From an uncultured Syntrophaceae bacterium (GTDB lineage: Bacteria > Desulfobacterota > Syntrophia > Syntrophales > UBA2192): DNA of 64,000 nt. The notes beneath the pieces are model-generated. The model saw only the letters and a program-made list of their open reading frames with translations. It was not told the DNA's origin and made no database searches. Of this stretch, positions 43,503 through 51,899 are shown one piece after another; the first letter of the stretch is position 1; the number at the start of each line of letters is the position of its first letter. Location of the stretch: the NCBI GenBank assembly GCA_964585095.1, contig CAZPCN010000004.1, forward strand, positions 9,415 through 73,414, written 5' to 3'. The translations under genes and the position numbers were made by a program.

Positions 43503-43783
43503 CAGTCCACCCCCAGCGTGCCCATCATCTGCCCCAGCATGTCGCAGGCGTCCTCGGCGCGCTGACCGAGGATGTGCATCTCGCGCTCCATGAAGGGCAG
43601 CAGTTCCACGGCCAGGAAGGTCGGCGGCGCCGGAAACCCGACGAAGGAGCCCAGCAGCAGCAGCGCGAAGACGTTCTCCAGTTCCTGCTGTTCCATGCAG
43701 GTCAGGCCGATGACCTTTTCGCGCTGGCCCTGGCCGAACCCCTGCATGAAATGGCGGAGATGCTCGATGAGGGTCGGTGACAT
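43502..43783 (-). CDS. Small hypothetical protein (93 aa) translationally coupled to the ArsA-like ATPase
   Basis: A good RBS (AAGGAGAAAC) precedes the ATG. The terminal nt overlaps the ArsA-like start. Central hydrophobic stretch FALLLLGSFVGFPAPPTFLAV. No family recognised. Confidence 0.5.
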   Translation of the reverse strand: MSPTLIEHLRHFMQGFGQGQREKVIGLTCMEQQELENVFALLLLGSFVGFPAPPTFLAVELLPFMEREMHILGQRAEDACDMLGQMMGTLGVD

Positions 43784-43814
43784 GTCTGAACCGGTTTCTC
43801 CTTGTGCCGGAATT

Positions 43815-43853
43815 GAAAAATCCCCCCCGCACCCCGCCTGGGGCGCGAGGGGG
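43815..43853 (-). terminator. Intrinsic terminator candidate after cstA
   Basis: On the minus strand: CCCCCTCGC-loop-GCGGGGGGG followed by ATTTTTC. Confidence 0.55.
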
Positions 43854-43898
43854 ACTTCACGTTACTTCATTTCCCCGTCCAAGTAAAGACCCGGAGGG

Positions 43899-45632
43899 TT
43901 AACTCTTCTTCGACTTCGCGAAATCGACGATGAAGAGGATGTTGAGGACGAGCATGATCGCCATGATGATCTGCACGGTCCAGCCCGTCCCGGGCGTCTT
44001 CTGGATCGTGCCGGGCATGACGACCCACATGAACCAGACGATGGCGCAGGTCACGGTGAACCACAGGGCCCAGGCGGGCACGATGGCCACGATGGCGAAC
44101 TTGGACTGCATCTTCTTGGCCACAAAGGCCGCGCCCGTCATCAGCGCGATGGAGGCGATGAGCTGGTTCGCCGCGCTGAAAGAGGGCCAGAGGATCGAGA
44201 ACTGGCCGCTCCAGGCCAGGTAGATGCCCAGGGCCGCCGGAATGATCGAAGCCACCCAGCGGTTGGTGATGACGTTGTAGGCGGCGCCGAGGCTCGACTG
44301 CACGGGCTCCAGCATCTCCACGAGGCAGTAGCGGGCCAGGCGGTTCGTCGTGTCCAGGGTCGTGAGCGCGAAGGCCGAGATCCAGAGCCCCGCGATGACC
44401 TTCACGATGGCCGTGGGGATGAAGCTCAGGAAGGTGGAGGCCACCATGACGCCGAAGGCCTCGACGATCATGCTGGGGGGCGCCAGCTTGAGGGCCCCCG
44501 TCGCCTTGGCGTAGGTGGTCGCCCAGTTGCCCGCCTCAAGGGTCAGGGTGTAGTTGGCCGCAGCGGCCTGGGCCTGCATGACCGTCATGCCGAAGCCGCC
44601 GATGGCCACGATGATGACCGTCGAGAGGAAGCCTTCCGTGAACATGCCGCCGTAGCCCACGAAGAGGGCGTCCGTCTCCTTCGAGAGCTGCTTGGAGGAC
44701 GTCCCCGAGGCCACGAGGGAGTGGAACCCGGAGAGGGACCCGCAGGCGATGACCAGCGGGATCGCCGGCCAGAAGGGCGTGGGCTGGCCGCCCAGCAGGT
44801 TCGGCGCAAAGGCCGACACGGCGGGCGCCTCCATCCCCTTGAAGGTCACCATGGCGGCCAGGAAGCCGATGGCGATGCCGAAGTAGAGCAAAAACGAGTT
44901 GAGGTAGTCCCGCGGCTGCAGCAGGAGGTTCACCGGGATGGACGCGGCGATGATGATGTAGACGAGCAGGATCACCATCCAGGTCTCGTAGCTCAGGGGA
45001 ATGGGAAACTGGGGCCCCATCCAGACGGCGATGGCCATCAGGACGATGCCGATGACCGTGGCCACGGGCAGGTTCATCTTCACCTGGTAGATGAGCACCC
45101 CCAGGATGATGGCTGCGACGGTCATGAAGATCGAGGCCGACCCGATGGAGGGCGTCCGGGCGAACATGGAGCCGATGACGTTGGCGAAGGCCGCCACGAC
45201 GAGGATGAGCAGGAAGAAGACGATCCAGTAGAACGAGCGCCCCGTGCGCTTCGAGATGAGGTCCGTGGCCACGAACTGCACCGACTTGGCGTCGTAGCGC
45301 ACCGAGGCCATGAGCGCCAGGTAGTCGTGGATCGAGCCGATGAGCACGTTGCCGAACCAGACCCAGAGAAGCCCCGGGAGCCAGCCCCAGACCATGGCCA
45401 TGGCCGGGCCGACCAGGGGCCCCGCGCCGGCGATGGACGAGAAGTGGTGACCGAAGAGGACCGCCTTGTGGGCCGGCACATAGTCCACGCCGTCGTAGAG
45501 ACGCTGGGAAGGCGGCGCGTTTTTGTCGTCGGCCTTGACGACGTCCTTTTCGATCTTCTTGCCGTACGTCCAGTACAGCCCCATGTAGATCAGGAAACCG
45601 ATGATGATGATGACTGTGGTTGTTGCTACCAT
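43899..45632 (-). CDS. cstA: Carbon starvation protein A family transporter
   Basis: Polytopic membrane protein with FGHHFSSIAGAGPLVGP, the CstA signature region. Confidence 0.9.
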   Translation of the reverse strand: MVATTTVIIIIGFLIYMGLYWTYGKKIEKDVVKADDKNAPPSQRLYDGVDYVPAHKAVLFGHHFSSIAGAGPLVGPAMAMVWGWLPGLLWVWFGNVLIGSIHDYLALMASVRYDAKSVQFVATDLISKRTGRSFYWIVFFLLILVVAAFANVIGSMFARTPSIGSASIFMTVAAIILGVLIYQVKMNLPVATVIGIVLMAIAVWMGPQFPIPLSYETWMVILLVYIIIAASIPVNLLLQPRDYLNSFLLYFGIAIGFLAAMVTFKGMEAPAVSAFAPNLLGGQPTPFWPAIPLVIACGSLSGFHSLVASGTSSKQLSKETDALFVGYGGMFTEGFLSTVIIVAIGGFGMTVMQAQAAAANYTLTLEAGNWATTYAKATGALKLAPPSMIVEAFGVMVASTFLSFIPTAIVKVIAGLWISAFALTTLDTTNRLARYCLVEMLEPVQSSLGAAYNVITNRWVASIIPAALGIYLAWSGQFSILWPSFSAANQLIASIALMTGAAFVAKKMQSKFAIVAIVPAWALWFTVTCAIVWFMWVVMPGTIQKTPGTGWTVQIIMAIMLVLNILFIVDFAKSKKS

Positions 45633-45878
45633 AATCCCCCTCCTTCAAAGATAGGAATTTATCGAAGAGAACCGCTGAAACGATCCCGGGAACGGCCGGG
45701 ACGAAACGGGCAGAAATCCGCTTCTCGTGCCCGTAACGTGTTATTTTTATTCCTTTGCAGAGCCGAAGTCAAACAGAAAGTGCATACAATTTTGCCCTTT
45801 ACAGCGCCCGGCGATTGGACTACATTGATCGGGAATCCCCATCCCCGAGACCCTCCCGGACTTGAACGGAGGTACACC

Positions 45879-46487
45879 ATGGCCAGGAAGAAATCCGATT
45901 CGGCACAGCACGACGAACGCATCAAGATCGGTGCCCGCATCCGGGACTGCCGCCAGAAAAAGCAGCTCACCCTCGAGGACATGTGCACCAAGACGGGGCT
46001 CTCCAAGGACGTGCTTTCCGGCATCGAGAACGACGAGACCGTCCCGCCCCTGGGCACGCTCCTTCGCCTCTCCAAGGCCCTCGACGTGAGCATGGCCTTC
46101 TTCTTCGAGGACGCCGTCGAGATGGAGAAGCTCTCGGTGACGCGAAGCGGCGAGCGCGTGAAGGTCAAGCGCAGGCCCCACCACCGCGAGGGGGAAGTGG
46201 ACTACGTCTACGAGTCCCTCGAGCCCAAGAACCCCCACAAGCACATGGAGCCCTTCCTGGTCGAGTTCCAGCCCATGGAGACGGGCGAGATGGTGTTCAT
46301 GAGCCACGAAGGCGAGGAATTCCACTTCGTGCTCGAGGGCCGACTCGAGTTCCGAACCGACGACCGGGTCGAGGTCCTCTACCCGGGGGATTCTCTCTAC
46401 TTCGAGTCGGAGATGAACCACAGTTTCCGCTCCCTCGACGCGAAACCGGCCAGGGTCCTTGTCGTGGTGTGGAACCGGCCTAATTAA
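45879..46487 (+). CDS. XRE-family HTH plus C-terminal cupin transcriptional regulator
   Basis: IGARIRDCRQKKQLTLEDMCTKTGLSKDVLSGIENDE is the HTH_3 pattern. The cupin block is HEGEEFHFVLEGRLEF...GDSLYF. Confidence 0.85.
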   Translation: MARKKSDSAQHDERIKIGARIRDCRQKKQLTLEDMCTKTGLSKDVLSGIENDETVPPLGTLLRLSKALDVSMAFFFEDAVEMEKLSVTRSGERVKVKRRPHHREGEVDYVYESLEPKNPHKHMEPFLVEFQPMETGEMVFMSHEGEEFHFVLEGRLEFRTDDRVEVLYPGDSLYFESEMNHSFRSLDAKPARVLVVVWNRPN

Positions 46488-46505
46488 TTGAATAAAGAGG
46501 CAGCC

Positions 46506-47078
46506 ATGCTGGAAATCCGCTTTCACGGCCGTGGCGGCCAGGGTACCGTCGTCGCGACCATCCTGATGTCCAAGGCTTTCTTCCGGGCCGGTTTCCAGGT
46601 CCAGAGCTTCCCCTTCTTCGGCGTCGAGAGGCGCGGGGCCCCCGTGGAAGCCTACCTGAGGCTCGACCTGCAGAAAATCCTTTTAAGAACGAATGTTTAC
46701 ACCCCGGACCACGTTGTCGTCCTCGACAAGACGCTCCTGGCGGGCATCGACGTCACCCGGGGCCTCAAACCCGGGGGGTCCGTTCTGATCAACAGCCCCA
46801 CCCCGCCGGCCAATGCCGAGACCTTCTCGAAATTCAGGCTCGCCTGGGTCGACGCCAGCCGTATCGCCATGACCAACCAGATCGGCAGCCGCACCCACCC
46901 CATCGTCAACACCTCCATGATGGGGGCGGTGGCGCGGGTCCTCGGGATGCCCCCGCTGGACGACGTCGTCGCGGCCATCCGCGACGAGGTGCCCGGCGAC
47001 GCCGAGCGCAATGTCACGGCCGCCCGGGAGGCCTACGAGGCCGTCCAATTCGCGGAGACCCTCAAGCCCGCGGCCTGA
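46506..47078 (+). CDS. 2-oxoacid:ferredoxin oxidoreductase gamma subunit
   Basis: MLEIRFHGRGGQGTVVA...FPFFGVERRGAP is the POR/VOR gamma pattern. ATG follows AAGAGG. The TTG at 46488 was rejected. Confidence 0.85.
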   Translation: MLEIRFHGRGGQGTVVATILMSKAFFRAGFQVQSFPFFGVERRGAPVEAYLRLDLQKILLRTNVYTPDHVVVLDKTLLAGIDVTRGLKPGGSVLINSPTPPANAETFSKFRLAWVDASRIAMTNQIGSRTHPIVNTSMMGAVARVLGMPPLDDVVAAIRDEVPGDAERNVTAAREAYEAVQFAETLKPAA

Positions 47079-47124
47079 GACGCGCACCCTTCCCGCGAAC
47101 CGAGCTCTTTTCAAGGTGAACCCG

Positions 47125-48885
47125 ATGGCAGACAAAGCACAAGCACGTGCGGAATCGGAAAGCCCCATCCACATCATGCCCCGCTCGACCCTTTCGACGG
47201 AGGCCAACAAGACCGGATCCTGGCGCTACCTGCGTCCCCGCTACGAGGAAAAGACGGCGCCCTGCAGCGCCGCCTGCCCCGCCGGGGAGGACATCGGCAA
47301 GATCGAGATGCTCACCACCCAGGGCCTCTTCAAGGAGGCCTGGGAGACGATCCTCCGGGAGAACCCCTTCCCGGGCGTCTGCGGGCGCGTATGCTTCCAC
47401 CCCTGCGAGCGGTCCTGCAACCGCGGGGAGTTCGACGACCCGATCGCCATCCACTCGCTCGAGCGCTTCCTGGCCGACACGGCGGAGCGCTACGATCTCA
47501 AACCCCTGATGGAACGGCTCCCGGGCAGGCCCGAGAAGGTGGCCATCGCCGGGGCGGGCCCCTCGGGCCTTGCCGCCGCGTGGTTCCTCACGCAGCTGGG
47601 CTACGCCTGCGACGTCTTCGAGGCATCCTCCGAGGCGGGGGGCATCCTGCGGTGGGGGATCCCCCTCTACAGGCTTCCGCTGGCGGCCCTGCAGCGCGAG
47701 ATCGCCCAGATCGAGGCGCAAGGCGTCCGCATCCACACGGGTCGTCCCGTCACACCCGATTTCCTCAGGAACCTCGAGAAGTCCTACAGCGCCGTCTACC
47801 TGGCCTGCGGCCACGGGCGTACGACGGCACTCCGGGTGCCCGGCGAGGAGACGGACGGGGTCGGCGACGGCCTGAAATTTCTCGAGAGGGTCCGCAACGG
47901 CGAGCAACCCGCCGTGAAGGGGGTCTCCGCCGTCATCGGCGGCGGGAACACGGCCGTCGACGTGGCACGCACGATCGTCCGCCTCGGCGGCGAGGCCCTG
48001 ATCCTCTACCGCAGGCGCCGGCAGGACATGCCCGCTTTCGGCGGCGAGGTGCAGATGGCCCTCGACGAGGGGGTGAAGCTCCAGGAGCTCGTGGCCCCCG
48101 AGCGGATCGAAAAGGACGGCGGCCGGACCCTTGTCACCCTCCGGCACATGCGGATCGCCGGCGAGGAGGGCGGCCGGGGCCGCATCGAGCCCGACGGCGA
48201 CAGGACGAGCCGCGTCGTCGTGGACCGGCTGTACAAGGCGACCGGGGCCGAGGCCGCCGAGGGCTGGCACAACCCGCCCGCGGGCAAGGGGGCCCTTGCC
48301 CTTTCGCACTGCGCCCTCTCTCTCCGGGACGGCAGGCCGGCCATGGCCTGGGGCGGGGACCTCACCAACGGCATCAAGAGCGTCGCCCACGCCATCGCGT
48401 CGGGCAAGCAGGCCGCCATCTCGCTGGACACCCTGTTCCGGGAGGGCCCCGATGCGATCCTGCTCAAGCTCGAGTCCTGCACGGTGGGCAACGGCCCCTC
48501 CCTGTCCATGGAGGTCCACATGGGCGGCGAGCGTCGCCTTCGGAACCGCCACGTCGTGGCCTACGGCGAGATCAACACGGATTACTTCCGGTACGCCCCC
48601 CGGATGACGCAGCCGCGCCTCGTGCGCGAGGAGCGCGCCCGGTCCTTCGCCGAGATCGACCTGCGCGTCTCGGGCAACATCGCCATGCGCGAGGCCGAGC
48701 GCTGCTTCAACTGCGGGCTGTGCAATCAGTGCGACAACTGCTACCTGTTCTGCCCCGACCTCGCCGTCCTCCACGAGAAGGGCGCCCAGGGCCGGAGCAT
48801 CAACTACGAGTACTGCAAGGGCTGCGGCCTCTGCGTGGTGGAGTGCCCGCGCAATGCCATGACGCTCGAGGAGGAGGGCCGATGA
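47125..48885 (+). CDS. Fusion protein: GltD/NfnB-like NAD(P)H-dependent FeS flavoprotein plus C-terminal PorD-like 2x[4Fe-4S] delta domain
   Basis: KTGSWRYLRP, then CSAACPAG and GVCGRVCFHPCERSCNR. VAIAGAGPSGLAAA and VIGGGNTAVD dinucleotide motifs. C-terminal CFNCGLCNQCDNCYLFCP and CKGCGLCVVECP. Confidence 0.8.
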   Translation: MADKAQARAESESPIHIMPRSTLSTEANKTGSWRYLRPRYEEKTAPCSAACPAGEDIGKIEMLTTQGLFKEAWETILRENPFPGVCGRVCFHPCERSCNRGEFDDPIAIHSLERFLADTAERYDLKPLMERLPGRPEKVAIAGAGPSGLAAAWFLTQLGYACDVFEASSEAGGILRWGIPLYRLPLAALQREIAQIEAQGVRIHTGRPVTPDFLRNLEKSYSAVYLACGHGRTTALRVPGEETDGVGDGLKFLERVRNGEQPAVKGVSAVIGGGNTAVDVARTIVRLGGEALILYRRRRQDMPAFGGEVQMALDEGVKLQELVAPERIEKDGGRTLVTLRHMRIAGEEGGRGRIEPDGDRTSRVVVDRLYKATGAEAAEGWHNPPAGKGALALSHCALSLRDGRPAMAWGGDLTNGIKSVAHAIASGKQAAISLDTLFREGPDAILLKLESCTVGNGPSLSMEVHMGGERRLRNRHVVAYGEINTDYFRYAPRMTQPRLVREERARSFAEIDLRVSGNIAMREAERCFNCGLCNQCDNCYLFCPDLAVLHEKGAQGRSINYEYCKGCGLCVVECPRNAMTLEEEGR

Positions 48886-50039
48886 AACGAGTCCTTGAAG
48901 GGAGCCAGGCCGTGGCGGAGGCCGTCCGGCTCGCCCGCGTCCAGGTCGTCTCCGCCTACCCGATCACGCCGCAGACGCACATCGTGGAGTTCCTCTCCGA
49001 ATACTGCGCCTCGGGAACCATGAACGCCCGGTTCCTGAGGGTTGAGAGCGAGCACTCCTGCATGGCCGCCCTCATCGGGGCGCAGAGCGCCGGGGTCCGC
49101 ACCTTCACGGCCACCTCCGGGCAGGGGCTCGCGCTGATGCACGAGCTGCTGCACTGGGCGTCCGGCGCGCGCCTGCCCATCGTGATGGCCGAGGTGAACC
49201 GCGCCCTCGCGCCGGGCTGGAACATCTGGGTCGACCAGACCGACAGCCTGGCCCAGCGCGACACGGGATGGATCCAGTTCTACTGCGAGGACAGCCAGGA
49301 GGTGATCGACACGACGCTTCAGGCCTACCGGCTGGCCGAGGCGGTAGCCCTGCCGGTGATGGTCGTCCTCGACGCCTTCTTCCTCTCCCACACCTACGAG
49401 CCCGTCGACGTCCCCGAGACCGAGGAGGCGGACCGGTTCCTCCCGCCCTACGAGGCGCGCTTCCAGCTCGACACGCAGGCCCCCTGCTCCTTCGGGCCCC
49501 TCGTGCCGCCCGCCGTCTACATGGAGATGCGCCACGACATCGCGCGGGCGATGGAGACGGCCCTGGAGACCTTCCCGTCCATCGAGGACGAGTACGCCGC
49601 AATCTTCGGGCGCCGCTACGGCGCCGTGGAAGCCATCCGCTGCGACGACGCGGAGATCGTCCTCGTCACCTCCGGCACCGTCACGAGCACGGCACGGAGC
49701 GTGATCGAGAACCTCCGGGCGCGCGGGGAGAAGCTGGGGGTCCTCAAGGTCAAGCTTTTCCGGCCCTTCCCCGTGGAGGCCATCCGCGGCGCCCTCAGGG
49801 GGGCGAAGAAGGTCGCCGTCATCGACCGCAACTTCTCCTTCGGCGCAAGCGGCATCTTCGCGCAGGAGGTTCGCGCCGCGCTGTGCAACGCGCCGGGGCA
49901 CCCGCCCGTGTTCGGCTTTGTCGCCGGCATCGGCGGCCGCGACGTGACCCCGGAGGTCCTCGAGGAAATCTACTGGAAGACGAAGAACAGCGACGCCCCC
50001 GAGCGGGAGAGCGTCTGGATCGGACTGCAGGAGGTCTGA
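48882..50039 (+). CDS. 2-oxoacid:ferredoxin oxidoreductase alpha subunit
   Basis: GSQAVAEAVRLARVQVVSAYPITPQT...ESEHSCMAA...ATSGQGL. ATGA overlap with the upstream gene. Confidence 0.88.
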   Translation: MKRVLEGSQAVAEAVRLARVQVVSAYPITPQTHIVEFLSEYCASGTMNARFLRVESEHSCMAALIGAQSAGVRTFTATSGQGLALMHELLHWASGARLPIVMAEVNRALAPGWNIWVDQTDSLAQRDTGWIQFYCEDSQEVIDTTLQAYRLAEAVALPVMVVLDAFFLSHTYEPVDVPETEEADRFLPPYEARFQLDTQAPCSFGPLVPPAVYMEMRHDIARAMETALETFPSIEDEYAAIFGRRYGAVEAIRCDDAEIVLVTSGTVTSTARSVIENLRARGEKLGVLKVKLFRPFPVEAIRGALRGAKKVAVIDRNFSFGASGIFAQEVRAALCNAPGHPPVFGFVAGIGGRDVTPEVLEEIYWKTKNSDAPERESVWIGLQEV

Positions 50040-50040
50040 C

Positions 50041-50922
50041 ATGGAACTGGGACTCAGCGATCGCGAATTCATGCACTCCGGCCACGTCGGCTGCCCGGGC
50101 TGCGGCGCCGCCATCGCCATGCGCTTCCTGCTCAAGGCCCTGGGCGAGAAGATGATGATGGTGCTGCCGGCCTGCTGCTGGTCGGTCATCGCGGGGCCCT
50201 ACCCCACGACGACGCTGAAGGTCCCCGTCATCCACTCCGCCTTCGAAACGGGAGGCGCCGTGGCCAGCGGCGTCCGGGCCGCCCTGGACATGAAGGGAGA
50301 CAAGGACACGACGGTCGTCACCTGGGCGGGCGACGGCGGCACCTTCGATATCGGCTTCCAGGCCCTCTCGGGCGCCGTGGAGCGCAACGAGGACTTCATC
50401 TACGTCTGCTACGACAACGAGGCGTACATGAACACGGGCATCCAGAGAAGCTCCTCCACCCCCTACGGGGCCTGGACTACGACCACCCCCGGAAAGGACT
50501 GGAAGAAGATGCGCAAGAAGAACATCGTCGAGGCCCTGGCCGCGCACCGCATCCCCTACGCCGCCACGGCCAGCATCTCCCACCCCGAAGACCTCGTGCG
50601 AAAGGTCAAGCGGGCCCAGACCGTCAAGGGCTCGCGCTTCCTCCACATCTTCGCGAGCTGCCCCACGGGCTGGAAGATCCCCTCGGAGATGGCCGTCAAG
50701 ATCGCGCGGATGGCCGTGCAGACCAACATCTTCCCCCTCTACGAGGTGGAGGAGGGTCTTCACTACACGATCAACACCAAGCCGAAGCGCTTCCCCGTCC
50801 GGGAGTACTTCAAGATCCAGGGCCGTTTCCAGCACCTCAAGGACGAGGACCTGGACGTGATCCAGAAGATGGTCGACGAGGATTGGGAGCTCTTGCTCCG
50901 CAAAGCGGGCGAGCACGCCTAG
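50041..50922 (+). CDS. 2-oxoacid:ferredoxin oxidoreductase beta (TPP-binding) subunit
   Basis: GCPGCG, GDGGTFDIGFQALSGA and YDNEAYMNTG are TPP and FeS motifs. Confidence 0.88.
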   Translation: MELGLSDREFMHSGHVGCPGCGAAIAMRFLLKALGEKMMMVLPACCWSVIAGPYPTTTLKVPVIHSAFETGGAVASGVRAALDMKGDKDTTVVTWAGDGGTFDIGFQALSGAVERNEDFIYVCYDNEAYMNTGIQRSSSTPYGAWTTTTPGKDWKKMRKKNIVEALAAHRIPYAATASISHPEDLVRKVKRAQTVKGSRFLHIFASCPTGWKIPSEMAVKIARMAVQTNIFPLYEVEEGLHYTINTKPKRFPVREYFKIQGRFQHLKDEDLDVIQKMVDEDWELLLRKAGEHA

Positions 50923-50939
50923 AAAACCCGTTCCGCTGT

Positions 50940-51020
50940 CCTCCTCCCCTGGCGGGAGGAGGCTGTGGAGGAGGGGGAACATTCCCCCTCACCTCAATCC
51001 TCTCCCGCGGAGGGGAGAGG
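50940..51020. repeat. Three consecutive GC-rich hairpins (REP-like or terminator region)
   Basis: CCTCCTCCC-ctggc-GGGAGGAGG, then GAGGGGGAA-cat-TCCCCCTC, then CCTCTCCC-gcgga-GGGGAGAGG. Confidence 0.55.
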
Positions 51021-51030
51021 AAATAGAATC

Positions 51031-51780
51031 ATGGTTTCCAAAGGCCTTGGCCCTGACAACTCCCTGACGCTCACGGTCTTCATCGTCTCGGTTTTCACTG
51101 TCATTTTGCTTCACCTGATTGCGCTTCCCGTAAATGCCGACGTGCATGTCTACGACATGGTGGCGGTGCAGGGGGAGGAGGTCCGCCTCAAGGCCGAGAC
51201 GCGGGGCACCCTGTTCACCCGGGGAGGGGAGATCGTCGAGTTCTTCGTCGACGACGTCTCGCTGGGCAGGAACCTCTCGGGGGGCGACGGGGCGGCCTAC
51301 CGGTTCTACAGGGCCTCGCGCGCCGGGCTCCTGGACATCCGGGCCGTGTCCCGGAACAAAACCGGGAGGGCGACCCTGCTGGTCGTCAAGCGGGGCGCGG
51401 GGATCGTCGCCGTCGACGTGGAAGGCACCCTGCTCCAGGGGGGGTTCATGTCCCCGGGACGCCCGGGCAGCCGGCAGGCGGTGGATTCGCTTGCAAAACG
51501 AATTCCCCTCGTCTATCTCCAGACGGGGGAGACGAACCTGCGGGCGGTCCGCGCATGGCTCGCGCAGAACGAATATGCCGATGCGCCCCTGCTTCCCTGG
51601 GACGGCGGCAACCTGTTCGATGACCTCGCGAAGAAGGGCCTGAAGATCCGCGCGGTCGTCGGCGGCCCGGCGGTGATCGAATCGGCCTTCAGGCACAAAC
51701 CGCAAGCCTTCAGCTTCGAGCCCATGAAGGGCGCGACAAGGCTCAAGAGCTGGAATGAGCTGGAGGGAAGTCTGAAATAG
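51031..51780 (+). CDS. Hypothetical exported protein
   Basis: Start chosen at ATG 51031, after the hairpins. The N-terminal hydrophobic segment ends LPVNA-D. No family recognised. Confidence 0.5.
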   Translation: MVSKGLGPDNSLTLTVFIVSVFTVILLHLIALPVNADVHVYDMVAVQGEEVRLKAETRGTLFTRGGEIVEFFVDDVSLGRNLSGGDGAAYRFYRASRAGLLDIRAVSRNKTGRATLLVVKRGAGIVAVDVEGTLLQGGFMSPGRPGSRQAVDSLAKRIPLVYLQTGETNLRAVRAWLAQNEYADAPLLPWDGGNLFDDLAKKGLKIRAVVGGPAVIESAFRHKPQAFSFEPMKGATRLKSWNELEGSLK

Positions 51781-51793
51781 CAGAGGGTATGAT

Positions 51794-51879
51794 GGTTTGA
51801 AGGTGAGAAGGTTGGATTCATCTCAGGATTGGCCACGGCCTGTCCAACCTTCTTACCCTCTCAACCTCTCACCTTCTTA
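51794..51879. repeat. Period-8 purine-rich arm (51794-51816) and pyrimidine-rich arm (51843-51879)
   Basis: GGTTTGAA GGTGAGAA GGTTGGA ... TCCAACCT TCTTACCC TCTCAACC TCTCACCT TCTTA. Confidence 0.65.
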
Positions 51880-51899
51880 TTACAGAGAAAGACGACACC

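Noticed and set aside
45780-45800. GTGCAT-N5-TTTGC upstream of the XRE-cupin gene as a sigma-54 promoter
   Set aside because: The invariant GG of the -24 box is GT here. The match is too weak to call.
50965-51030. ORF-track start (50965) of the exported hypothetical protein, giving the N-terminus MEEGEHSPSPQSSPAEGRGN
   Set aside because: This segment is encoded by three GC-rich palindromic hairpins (a REP-like or terminator region). The ATG at 51031 gives a normal signal-peptide-like N-terminus.
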